A DNA stretch of 64,000 nt from Octopus vulgaris (Eukaryota): NCBI GenBank assembly GCA_951406725.2, contig OX597824.1:59706001-59770000 (forward strand), given 5' to 3'. Below, piece after piece: positions 54,035 through 64,000 of the stretch (its first letter is position 1; every line of letters begins with the position of its first letter). The notes below the pieces were generated by a model. That model saw only the letters and a list, made by a program, of their open reading frames with translations, was not told the DNA's origin and ran no database searches. A program made the translations under genes and the position numbers.

Positions 54035-55552
54035 TTAGTCAATCTTCGTTTTTTTCTTGCAACAAAACGATAAACATTTTTTCACACTTCGATATATTAA
54101 ATATATCAAAAATATTGTTGCAGCAAATATAGGAACTAATACATCGATCATTAAAAATTCATACAATCGACTCTCTTGACATGGAGATTTTAGATATTCT
54201 CCACCATATTTCATGATGTGATCAATATGGCGGGCTGATTTCTTCGCTGGATATTCGGGCCGAGAATGAAATATTTCACTAGCTCTTTTAATTTTCTCAG
54301 AATATGTTTTATTTTCAATTAGTTCATTCATTTTCTCTATTAATTCCTCCGGAGTAAAGTTCTCTATATCTAGAGACAATCCGTATCCTTTCTCGGTCAT
54401 TCTGCGAGAGTTATAAAATTGGTCTGCACATATAGGTATTCCCAGCATTGGTACACCATGGAACAAAGCTTCAAACTGACCGCTATTTCCACAATGAGTA
54501 ACAAATAATTTTGTTTTAGGATGGCCAAGCAGATCATTTTGTGGTACCCAATCACTGATATAAATATTCTTATGAGAAAATGATGTTTTCTTCTGTCTCC
54601 ATACAACATCATATTTTATTTGTTTCAATGCACTTTGTAGTTTCTTTAATTGAACAGCAGGGAAATCATTGATATTACTGCCAAATGACACCACGACTAT
54701 TCCATTCTTAGACGCATTTACGAATTTCACTAATTCTCCCTTCAAAGGCAATGAGCGTTTTGTAGCCAGACCACCAACGTATCTTACATTTGGAAGTTGT
54801 GGTAGAGGATAATCTAGAAGTACATCTTTTTCAATAAGAAAAAACTGTGCCTGATGTAGTAAATCTATGAATGAAATATCAGGTTTGTCTTTAGCGTATG
54901 TTTTGACACTGTGTATAGGCGCTCCAATAGGAGGAATACTGTAGTCTACAATAGCAGCCAAAGTACTTATTAACTTTTCCGAATATGTCATCTTATCGGA
55001 GGATGAGAAGAAGCTGCTTGGAAAAACACTGGGGTTCCATGGAATACGATGAAGACTAGGAAATAACTCAGATGCCGTGAGAACAAACGGAATTGATAAT
55101 TCATAGGCAATTGTTGTAAGACAATTTGTCATGAATATTGCATTGATCACAGCTAAACTGGCATTGACGGCTCGCAATGATTCTATCCATTTTTCATTCG
55201 TTAAAAATCTTTCGCACACTACAGGGAATAAAGTTATGACCTTTTTCATCACGTATAATTTTCTTGATACTTGTTTCTCTGAACCAGTGCGAATTTCTTC
55301 AATTTCTGGGATCTCATCCATTGGAAGTATATTTATGTTCTGTTCGTTTTGGAAAGTTTTAGTGAGTTTTTTGTTTAGTATAAAATAGTTATTATGACCA
55401 TACTTTGACAATTCGTTCGCAATAGAAATCATTGGATTTACGTGACTGTAAACAGGCCATGCTATGTATAAAATATTTTTACTGTTGACTCTCTTTAAAC
55501 ATACAATCATGCATAGCACTATTAAACTGAATAACAGACTCTTCTGTCTCAT
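54035..55552 (-). CDS. UGT: UDP-glycosyltransferase, type A copy 4, single coding exon, 505 aa
   Basis: Intact ORF; signature ends IPICADQ; TM helix and KKKTKID. Confidence 0.97.
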   Translation of the reverse strand: MRQKSLLFSLIVLCMIVCLKRVNSKNILYIAWPVYSHVNPMISIANELSKYGHNNYFILNKKLTKTFQNEQNINILPMDEIPEIEEIRTGSEKQVSRKLYVMKKVITLFPVVCERFLTNEKWIESLRAVNASLAVINAIFMTNCLTTIAYELSIPFVLTASELFPSLHRIPWNPSVFPSSFFSSSDKMTYSEKLISTLAAIVDYSIPPIGAPIHSVKTYAKDKPDISFIDLLHQAQFFLIEKDVLLDYPLPQLPNVRYVGGLATKRSLPLKGELVKFVNASKNGIVVVSFGSNINDFPAVQLKKLQSALKQIKYDVVWRQKKTSFSHKNIYISDWVPQNDLLGHPKTKLFVTHCGNSGQFEALFHGVPMLGIPICADQFYNSRRMTEKGYGLSLDIENFTPEELIEKMNELIENKTYSEKIKRASEIFHSRPEYPAKKSARHIDHIMKYGGEYLKSPCQESRLYEFLMIDVLVPIFAATIFLIYLIYRSVKKCLSFCCKKKTKID

Positions 55553-55828
55553 TTTTCAAGAAGTGTTGACCTAAAAAAAAGAAAAAATTTATATATTCGA
55601 ATGATATTTGCGATGAAAAGAAAGCTATTTGTATCTAATGACTTTCTGGCATCAACGGTCACTACAATAACAAAAATATGGTAGCAAATCTGTTTCGTAA
55701 CTTCGACACTCTAACCAGACTATTTAGAGCTTCATTAGAAGTGATTCATGCATATCTTAACATATACAAACATCATACATAGCTCCATGCGTGTGCATAT
55801 ATACATTCATATACGTAAATGTGTACAT

Positions 55829-55843
55829 TAGATAGATAGATAA

Positions 55844-55895
<52 letters not shown>

Positions 55896-55903
55896 GTAGG
55901 TAG

Positions 55904-55997
<94 letters not shown>

Positions 55998-56006
55998 GTA
56001 GGTAGG

Positions 56007-56059
<53 letters not shown>

Positions 56060-56072
56060 TGATGGATGGATT

Positions 56073-56144
<72 letters not shown>

Positions 56145-56203
56145 CCTACATGCATACATACATATACACTCAAATATATACGTTGGTATAAATTCATATG
56201 TAA

Positions 56204-56243
<40 letters not shown>
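55829..56243. repeat. (GATA)n and (TA)n microsatellites
   Basis: Direct reading. Confidence 0.96.
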
Positions 56244-56249
<6 letters not shown>

Positions 56250-56398
56250 AATATAAGAGAGGTGGTCACTATATGGCTCACTCTAGCACTAGTTAATCGA
56301 AAAGGTTTCAACCACAAAAATATATGTTTCCCATGAAATTCGGTACGATTGTTAGCTCACACGAACAGGGCAAATAAAAATAACAAAAATACAGATTA

Positions 56399-56478
56399 TT
56401 TTGGGACAATTGTTTCGCTATTAATGAATTAAATGTAATTTTACTTACAAAAATCCACTTGTAGCTCCTCAGCCAAAA
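56399..56478 (-). ncRNA. Canonical type I hammerhead ribozyme
   Basis: ttttgg CTGAGGA GCTA [long loop] TAGC GAAA CAATTG TC ccaaaa. Confidence 0.9.
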
Positions 56479-57007
56479 CTATCTGGATGAAATCCACTCA
56501 ATCACACGCCAGATTTTACCATAACGATAAATACACGTGTGGTTCAATTGATTACATCCGACGTTATAATTCAAATGCCCCTACTAACAGCGCGCCAAAC
56601 TTTCACGGAAAACAAATACCACATTTAGAAATAAATGTAGCATAATTATAATTAATTAATAAGGGTGAGAGAATTAGATACTAATTTAATAGTATATCTA
56701 GTAAAAATAGTAAAAATATTATAATATATTATAAAATATTATAATAATCCAGGTTTCTCGGAGCACTTGGCCACTTGGTGTTGAATAGATATACTATTAA
56801 ATTAGTATCTAATTCTCTCACCCTTATTAATTAATTATAATTATGCTACATTTATTTCTAAATGTGGTATTTGTTTTCCGTGAAAGTTTGGCGCGCTGTT
56901 AGTAGGGGCATTTGAATTATAACGTCGGATGTAATCAATTGAACCACACGTGTATTTATCGTTATGGTAAAATCTGGCGTGTGATTGAGTGGATTTCATC
57001 CAGATAG

Positions 57008-57089
57008 TTTTGGCTGAGGAGCTACAAGTGGATTTTTTTGTAAGTAAAATTACATTTAATTCATTAATAGCGAAACAATTGTCCCAAAA
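57008..57089 (+). ncRNA. Canonical type I hammerhead ribozyme
   Basis: ttttgg CTGAGGA GCTA [long loop] TAGC GAAA CAATTG TC ccaaaa; palindromic helix III ACAATTGT, GUC triplet. Confidence 0.92.
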
Positions 57090-57596
57090 TAATCTGTATT
57101 TTTGTTATTTTTTATTTGCCCTGTTCGTGTGAGCTAACAATCGTACCGAATTTCATGGGAAACATATATTTTTGTGGTTGAAACCTTTTGGATTAACTAG
57201 TGCTAGAGTGAGCCATATAGTGACCACTCTCTTATATTTATTTTGTAAAAATATTATAAAATATTATAATAATCCAGGTTTCTCGGAGCACTGGGCCACT
57301 TGGTGTTGAATAGATATACTATTAAATTAGTATCTAATTCTCTCACCCTTATTAATTAATTATAATTATGCTACATTTATTTCTAAATGTGGTATTTGTT
57401 TTCCGTGAAAGTTTGGCGCGCTGATACAGTTTGTGTATCAAATAGCTAACTTAAGGCGATGGCCTCATGGAGCTAATAAGCGGACAGCTTTTTTCTTATT
57501 TTTATAAGAATGCCATATTAGTATGGCGATAACTATTATTTTCCGGGAACGCTGCCGCTGTTCTCTTTTAGAGAGACTTAGTTATTTTAATATTTC

Positions 57597-57637
<41 letters not shown>

Positions 57638-57790
57638 TAATCACACGTACATAAACCATGTTAAGTTTATTCATTGAGAGAGAAATATTTCCAGCCGAAG
57701 GGACATAATATATATTACATATATACATATGTATATGTCTGTATACGTGTGTGTGTGTGTGTGTGTGTGTTTGAGTGTTTGTCCACATAC

Positions 57791-57844
<54 letters not shown>

Positions 57845-58014
57845 ACACATGCATACATAATACAATTTTTAACATCTATTATCTTATATCAAAATAACAT
57901 TTCTCTCCCTCTTTAGTTATTTTTTCTGCTTTCTTTTTTTTTTCTTTTTTACTTTGATTCACTCTGTTCTTCGATTTCATTTTACCAATTTTCGCCATTT
58001 TGTATTTCGTATTA

Positions 58015-58718
58015 TATTTGGGCTGCTTGATTGGACACTTGATGAGATCCGAGCCATTGATGTCAAAACCCGAAAAATACTGACAAACACAAATAATTTC
58101 CACATAAACAGTGACGTAGACCGCCTCTACCTAAAACGAAAACAAGGCGCCAGAGGCTTAATATCGATCAAAAATAACTTTGACTGACGTATCATATCTC
58201 TTCGGCAACAACTTTTAACCACCAATTGTCGAAGTGCATCCCTTGGTCAAGTTTGCATACATCAGGCTGATAACATCATAAGTGTTGGAAGGTAGCTCAT
58301 TGAACAACGTTCTTTGGTAACCTAGAATACATGACCAAAGACGTCACACGACTCTAGCGCAACGTATCATCAGATAAAAGGATAAGCCTCTATGAGCAGA
58401 AGACTGTGCATTGCTATGTTAGTAGTAAGCTCCAAGATGATAGTAACATTAATCATCAAAGCAGTCTATCATGGACCAATAGCAGGATTACTACTTTCCC
58501 ACTTTGAAGCGTATGCGTTTGCAATCCAGGAACAGGAATATCAACCAAGTACCCGATATTGCGATAGAGGTGCAAGAAAATCAGTAAAATGTGACAACCG
58601 ATGCAGACTTTGTGGAGTTAACACCAAAGATATCACCGACATCATAAGCAATTGTCCGAAAATGTCATCATGGTATTATCTACCGATGAGACATGATACT
58701 GTAGCTGAGACACTATAA
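58015..58718 (+). mobile_element. Old Dong/R4-like LINE fragment (paralog of 29875-30586)
   Basis: HINSDVDRLYLKRKQGARGL, CRLCG...RHD. Confidence 0.8.
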
Positions 58719-59144
58719 TTAAATCTGTTTTATAAGGCTGGAAAGATATCAACAAGTTGATCAGATGTAGGTGGAATTTTCCAGTTGTTCAAAATGTACT
58801 TAGACATATGTTTACAACACCTGAAAATTTCTGACCTAGAGTTCAGTAATGAGTTAGGGATCTTGGATCTGAAAAGGAGCTAAGTTCTTTCAGCTATACA
58901 TAGATTACATTTATTTGATCCATTAAAATAAGGTGTGGATTTTTCAATTACCTTCCACTTAATCACATGTGGTGTTGCATTAGATATCAAACCCCATACG
59001 TTGCTATCCAGCTTACTAATGCTTCGCCAAACAATTTCTAAGTTTTCTTTCTTACTCACCCCATGCCCTCCTGTTGCCTCTCTTTACCCTTTCCCTACAC
59101 TCATACAACCTATAAAATCATCACTTTCTGTCACCGTCTTTCTT

Positions 59145-59186
<42 letters not shown>

Positions 59187-61128
59187 TCTTGCCTTTTATA
59201 CCGAACCAACATTACCGTTCTACTACTCTTCCCCTCCCCACCGCCATGCATAATTGGTCAACCTCACCCCTTATCTACCATTTACTACGTCATCCACCAC
59301 CCTACCCAATTTCTTCCACCCCTACATTTCTTCTTTCATTATATTCACTCCCTTCCTTCCCATTACTCATTCTCACATACACTTTTGCTAGCTCTACCGT
59401 TCTGCTGCTTCCATTCACTTCTTATCACCTTTTACTTTGACAGTAGACACAGGCACCCCATCACCACTATTTTATCTCTTCTCCGCTCCACCCAATCACC
59501 TCCACCCCATCTTGTCAATAATATTAATGCGCTTAGTTTTATTTGTTTCTGTCCGTACCTGTGGTGTGTGTCACTCTTCAAAGGAAGAAGTGAGTGGCAA
59601 AGCAAGAAAGAGGAAGACAGAGAGGAAGTAATAAAGAAAGAGTGAGAAAGAGAGAGTGAGAGAGAGAAAGAGAGCGAGAGAGAAAGAGAGAGTGAGTGAG
59701 TGAAAGAGACAGTGAATGCTGACGGCGTTAGTTTTGTGTTTTTAAATGTTTCAGAGAGGAAGTGAGAAAGAGAGAGGGGTGAGAAAGAGAGTGAAAGAGA
59801 CAATGTGTGGTGACGGAGTTCATTTTAAGTTTTCAAATGTTTCAGAGAAATAAGAGAGAAAAAGAGATAGTGAGAGATAAGGGGGGAGAGTGAGAGAGGA
59901 GAGATAGTGAGAGAGTGAGAGAGAAGGAGGCAGAGTGAGAGAGAAGGAAGGAGAGTGAGAGAGAAGGATAGAGTGTGAGAGAGAAGGCAGAAGAGTGAGA
60001 GCGGAGAGATAGTGAGAGAGAAAGAGATAGAGATTAAGAAAGAATGAGAGAGTTAGAGAGAAAACTGAGAGTGAGAGGTGACGGCTTTCGTTTTGTGTTC
60101 TTAAATGTTTGTCACATTGCAAGAAAAGTAGATATATAGATCGAAAGAAAAGTTAATACATTCATACATAAACACATTGTTAAATTTAAAGCATGGGAGA
60201 GGAGGGACACAGATGAAGTGAAAGAAAAAGAGAGAACGTGAGAAACACAGTAGATACGTAAATAGAATGAAAAGTTGATACGTAGACACAGCAAATATTG
60301 GATGTCACTTTCACTTTTCGTTACCACACGAGGATAAAATTAATTCGCAAGTGGCTGAGTACTCCACAGACATGCATATCATTAACATAGTTGTCAAGGA
60401 TATTCAGCCTCACACAGAATGTGACAATGCTGGCCCCTTTCAATTACAGCTACAACTCATTTTGGTTAGCTGAGTGGCTAGCTAGTTAGATACACATTCA
60501 AGTGGTTGAACGAAAAGGAAACATGATCCTATATAGAGACAGGAAAATTTTTTTAATCATTAGGGTCACTATGGGTGTTAATCCGGTACTAACAGCGGTG
60601 CTAACAGATCTGGAGGCCAAGCCCCCAGTTAAACCCCGATGCGCTGGATGTTGTTATCAAACTGAGTGTGAGTCGAAGGAGAAGTCATTACACGACGGAA
60701 TAGAAAATTATTTCGTCTTAGCTTTCACTGTTTATACTAAACACATGACGTTTTGCCTTACGATATGAAACATTTCTTTCTTCACACTTTTTCAAAACAG
60801 ACACTCCGTTGTCGCCTCTCTGTCACTCTTATGTATGTTCATTACATAAGATAAACGGCTGCATTAGGCTGCAATATTTTTCTCCATATCATTAGGATAG
60901 GAGTCCGTTGGACAGTGGATATACAATGTCACTTTATCTGGGAAAATTACATATAAAAACAATCAGCAGGTGTTGGATTAAAAAAGCTGAAGATAAATTA
61001 CGATGCAAATTAAAATTTCTAGTCAAAAAAAAAATTGTACTTTCTGGGTTATTGCAGTTAGAACTTGATTTACATAAAGCAAAATAAAAAATATATGATT
61101 TACATATTTAAGCTTACCAAAACATAAT

Positions 61129-62646
61129 TTAGTCAACCTTCGTTTTCTTCTTACAAAAAATAGTTAAACATGTTTTCCCAATTAGACAGGTCAAATATAT
61201 CAAAAGTGATATTACTGCAAATATAGGAGCCAATACATCGATCATTAAAAATTCATACAATCGACTCTCTTGACATGGAGATTTTAGATATTCTCCACCA
61301 TATTTCATGATGTGATCAATATGGCGGGCTGATTTCTTCGCTGGATATTTGGGCCGAGAATGAAATATTTCACTAGCTCTTTTAATTTTCTCAGAATATG
61401 TTTTATTTTCAATTAGTTCATTTATTTTCTCTATTAATTCCTCCGGAGTAAAGTTCTCTATATCTAGAGACAATCCGTAACCTTTCTCGGTCATTCTGCG
61501 AGAGTTATAATGTTGGTCTCCAAATAAAGGTATTCCCAGCATTGGTACACCATGGAACAAAGCTTCAAACTGACCGCTATTTCCACAATGAGTAACAAAT
61601 AATTTTGTTTTAGGATGGCCAAGCAGATCATTTTGTGGTACCCAATCACTGATATAAATATTCTTATGAGAAAATGATGTTTTCTTCTGTCTCCACACAA
61701 CATCATATTTTATTTGTTTCAATGCAGTTTGTATTTTCTCTAATTGAACAGCAGGGAAATCATTGATATTACTGCCAAATGACACCACAACTATTCCATT
61801 CTTAGACGCATTTACGAATTTCACTAATTCTCCCTTCAAAGGCAATGAGCGTTTTGTAGCCAGACCACCAACGTATCTTACATTTGGAAGTTGTGGTAGT
61901 GGATAATCTAGAAGTACATCTTTTTCAATAAGATAAAATTGTGCCTGATGTAGCAAATCTATGAATGAAATATCAGGTTTGTCTTTCGCATATGTTTTAA
62001 CGCTGTGCATAGACGCTCCAATAGGAGGAATAGTGTAGTCTACAATAGCAACCAAAGTATTGATTATCTTTTCCGAATATGTCATCTTGCTCGAGGATCC
62101 GATGAAACTATTTGGAAAAACACTGGGAAGCCATGGAGTGCGATGAAGACTAGGAAATATCTCAGATCCTGTGAGAACAAATGGAATTGACAATTGACGG
62201 GCAATTATTGTAAGACAATTTGTCGGAAATAGTCCATTAATAACAGCTAAACTGGCATTAACCGCTCGCAGTGATTCGATCCATTTCTCATCCTTCAGAA
62301 TTCTATCACATATCAGAGGAATTAAAGTCAAAACCCTTCTTATCACATATATTCGTTTTGATACTATTTTCTGCTGCGCTTCAGAAAAGGTTTTACTGAA
62401 TTCTGTGATCTCGTCCATTGGAAGGATATTTATGTTTTGTTCATTTTGGAAAGTTTTAGTGAGTTTTGTATTTAATATAAAATAGTTATTGTGTCCATAC
62501 TTTGATAATTCGTTTGCTATAGAAATCATTGGATGTACGTGACTATAAAAAGGCCATGATAAGTATAGAATATTTTTACTATTAACTATCGGTAAAAACA
62601 AAACAGTGTATAGCGCCGGTATACTGATGAACAAATTCTTCATCAT
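61129..62646 (-). CDS. UGT: UDP-glycosyltransferase, type B intact copy (B4), single coding exon, 505 aa
   Basis: Intact ORF; distinct signal peptide and N-terminal domain; UGT signature; TM helix and KKKTKVD. Confidence 0.97.
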   Translation of the reverse strand: MMKNLFISIPALYTVLFLPIVNSKNILYLSWPFYSHVHPMISIANELSKYGHNNYFILNTKLTKTFQNEQNINILPMDEITEFSKTFSEAQQKIVSKRIYVIRRVLTLIPLICDRILKDEKWIESLRAVNASLAVINGLFPTNCLTIIARQLSIPFVLTGSEIFPSLHRTPWLPSVFPNSFIGSSSKMTYSEKIINTLVAIVDYTIPPIGASMHSVKTYAKDKPDISFIDLLHQAQFYLIEKDVLLDYPLPQLPNVRYVGGLATKRSLPLKGELVKFVNASKNGIVVVSFGSNINDFPAVQLEKIQTALKQIKYDVVWRQKKTSFSHKNIYISDWVPQNDLLGHPKTKLFVTHCGNSGQFEALFHGVPMLGIPLFGDQHYNSRRMTEKGYGLSLDIENFTPEELIEKINELIENKTYSEKIKRASEIFHSRPKYPAKKSARHIDHIMKYGGEYLKSPCQESRLYEFLMIDVLAPIFAVISLLIYLTCLIGKTCLTIFCKKKTKVD

Positions 62647-62664
62647 TATTTTCTGAAGATGTGA

Positions 62665-62687
62665 CCTGAAAAAATAAACAGATTAAG
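62665..62687 (-). promoter_or_regulatory. Branch point, polypyrimidine tract and splice acceptor upstream of the UGT-B4 ATG
   Basis: Minus strand CTTAAT ctgtttattttttCAG|Gtcacatc, 19 nt before the ATG. Confidence 0.8.
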
Positions 62688-62760
62688 TAAATGATTATAT
62701 TGTGGTGTATTGAAATTTCATATGAAATCTATCTTATATTTTACTTGCATATATTTTACT

Positions 62761-64000
62761 ATGCGGGATGCTAACATCATTACGCTTTACAAAAACAAAG
62801 GTGACCGTGGTGATTGTAACAATTACCGTGGAATATCTCTTCTAAGCACAGTTGGAAAGACCTTTGCTCGCGTTATCCTGTCCAGGCTACAATTGCTTGC
62901 TTCTCGAGTTTATCGAGAATCGCAGTGTGGTTTTAGAAGAAGCAGATCAACTATTGCCATATTCTCCATACGCCAACTTCAGGAGAGGTCCAGAGAGCAG
63001 AAAATGCCATTATATATGACCTTCATTGATCTCACAAAGGCCTTTGACTTGGTAAGTAGAAAAGGCCCCTTCATCCTGCTCCAAAAAATCGGATGTCCAC
63101 CAAAGCTGCTGAGGATCATCAAATCTTTCCATGATGATATGCAAGGCACCATACAGCACAATGGTTCAACATCAGCCGCCTTCCAAATAAAAAACGGGGT
63201 AAAGCAAGGTTGTGTCCTTGCTCCTACACTATTTGGCATCTTCTCGATGCTGCTGTCACATGCCTTTGAGACATCAGATGATGGAATGTTTCTGCACAGT
63301 ACAAGTGATGGGAAACTGTTCAATCTCACGCGTCTGCGTGCCAAGACCAAAATCAGCAGCGTCCTGATCAAGGAGATGCTATTTGCTGATGATGCCGCTC
63401 TGGTATCACACACAGAAGAAGCCCTACAAAGGCCCATCAACTGTTTTGAGCAAGCATGTAGCGACTTTGGCTTAGTTATCAGCCTCAAGAAGACCAACAT
63501 AATGGGTCAGGCTACATCGGACATCCCAAATATACATATTGGAGACCATAGACTACATGATGTGGAGAAGCTTACCTATCTTGGCTCTACCGTCACCTAC
63601 AACCTATCCCTTGATGCTGAGCTCAATATACGCATTGGCAAGGCAGCTGCTGCGATGGCCCAACTCTCCAAACGGGCATGGGACAATAATAAGCTGACCA
63701 AGACCACAAAAATGAAGATTTACTAGGCATGTGTACTTAGCACTCTATTGTATGGAAGTGAGACTTGGACGCTATTCACACGCCAAGAGCGTCGCCTAAA
63801 TATCTTTCACCTGCGCTGCCTCCGGAAAATCCTTCGCATCAAATGGCAGAATCATGTCCCCAACAAAGATGTCCTCAAGCTAACAGGAATACCAAGCATG
63901 TTTGCACTCCTCATGCAAAGACGTATGAAATGGCTTGGCCATGTTAGCCGTATGGAAGATGGCAGAATCCCCAAGGACATACTCTACGGAGAGCTTACTA
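62761..64000 (+). mobile_element. 5'-truncated RTE-clade LINE (RT region), runs off the window end
   Basis: NYRGISLLS, SQCGFR, FIDLTKAFD, GVKQGCVLAPTLF, LFADD, YLGS; in-frame stop at 63724-63726; same family as 39843-41660. Confidence 0.93.

Larger units (their letters stand above)
56244..57600. mobile_element. Non-coding hammerhead-bearing element: ~457-bp inverted repeat plus partial tandem repeat
   Basis: Arms 56244-56700 and 56786-57244 are near-perfect reverse complements; 57245-57423 repeats 56710-56898; flanked by (TA)n. Confidence 0.88.
53403..60795. repeat. Segmental duplicate of about 25397-34085 (UGT-A unit with long upstream flank)
   Basis: Colinear A gene, GATA tract, Dong fragment, pyrimidine-rich block, GA tract and SINE; differs by copy-specific insertions. 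Confidence 0.88.

Noticed and set aside
55757-56317. Low-complexity ORFs (YLSI, IYIY, HTHT, poly-I/N/Y/F) here and throughout the window
   Set aside because: They are translations of microsatellites.
58935-59645. 236-aa plus-strand ORF
   Set aside because: Pyrimidine-rich low-complexity repeat; the frame is not conserved in paralogs at 22400-23420 and 30800-31460.

Overview
AT-rich, microsatellite-dense animal DNA. The SINE families, Dong/RTE/Penelope content and (TA)n/(TAA)n density suggest an octopus-like cephalopod (inference). The first ~23 kb is decayed retroelements: Tx1/L1, three R4/Dong LINEs in or next to (TAA)n tracts, a Gypsy LTR element lacking integrase and a Penelope-like element. 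From 24 to 63 kb lies a minus-strand tandem array of UDP-glycosyltransferase (UGT) genes, each with its whole CDS in one exon. Four are intact 505-aa ORFs and four are pseudogenes, of two types (A: MRQKSLL..., B: MMKNLF...). One A copy is split by a 6.1-kb Helitron. About ten type I hammerhead ribozyme motifs from about seven unrelated element families are readable by eye. Three different non-coding ribozyme elements sit independently in the same paralogous (TA)n tract upstream of three UGT-A copies, while the fourth copy keeps the empty site. The UGTs carry Asn/Ser at the catalytic-Asp position and show patchwork gene conversion. All structures and alignments were read manually and need computational confirmation.
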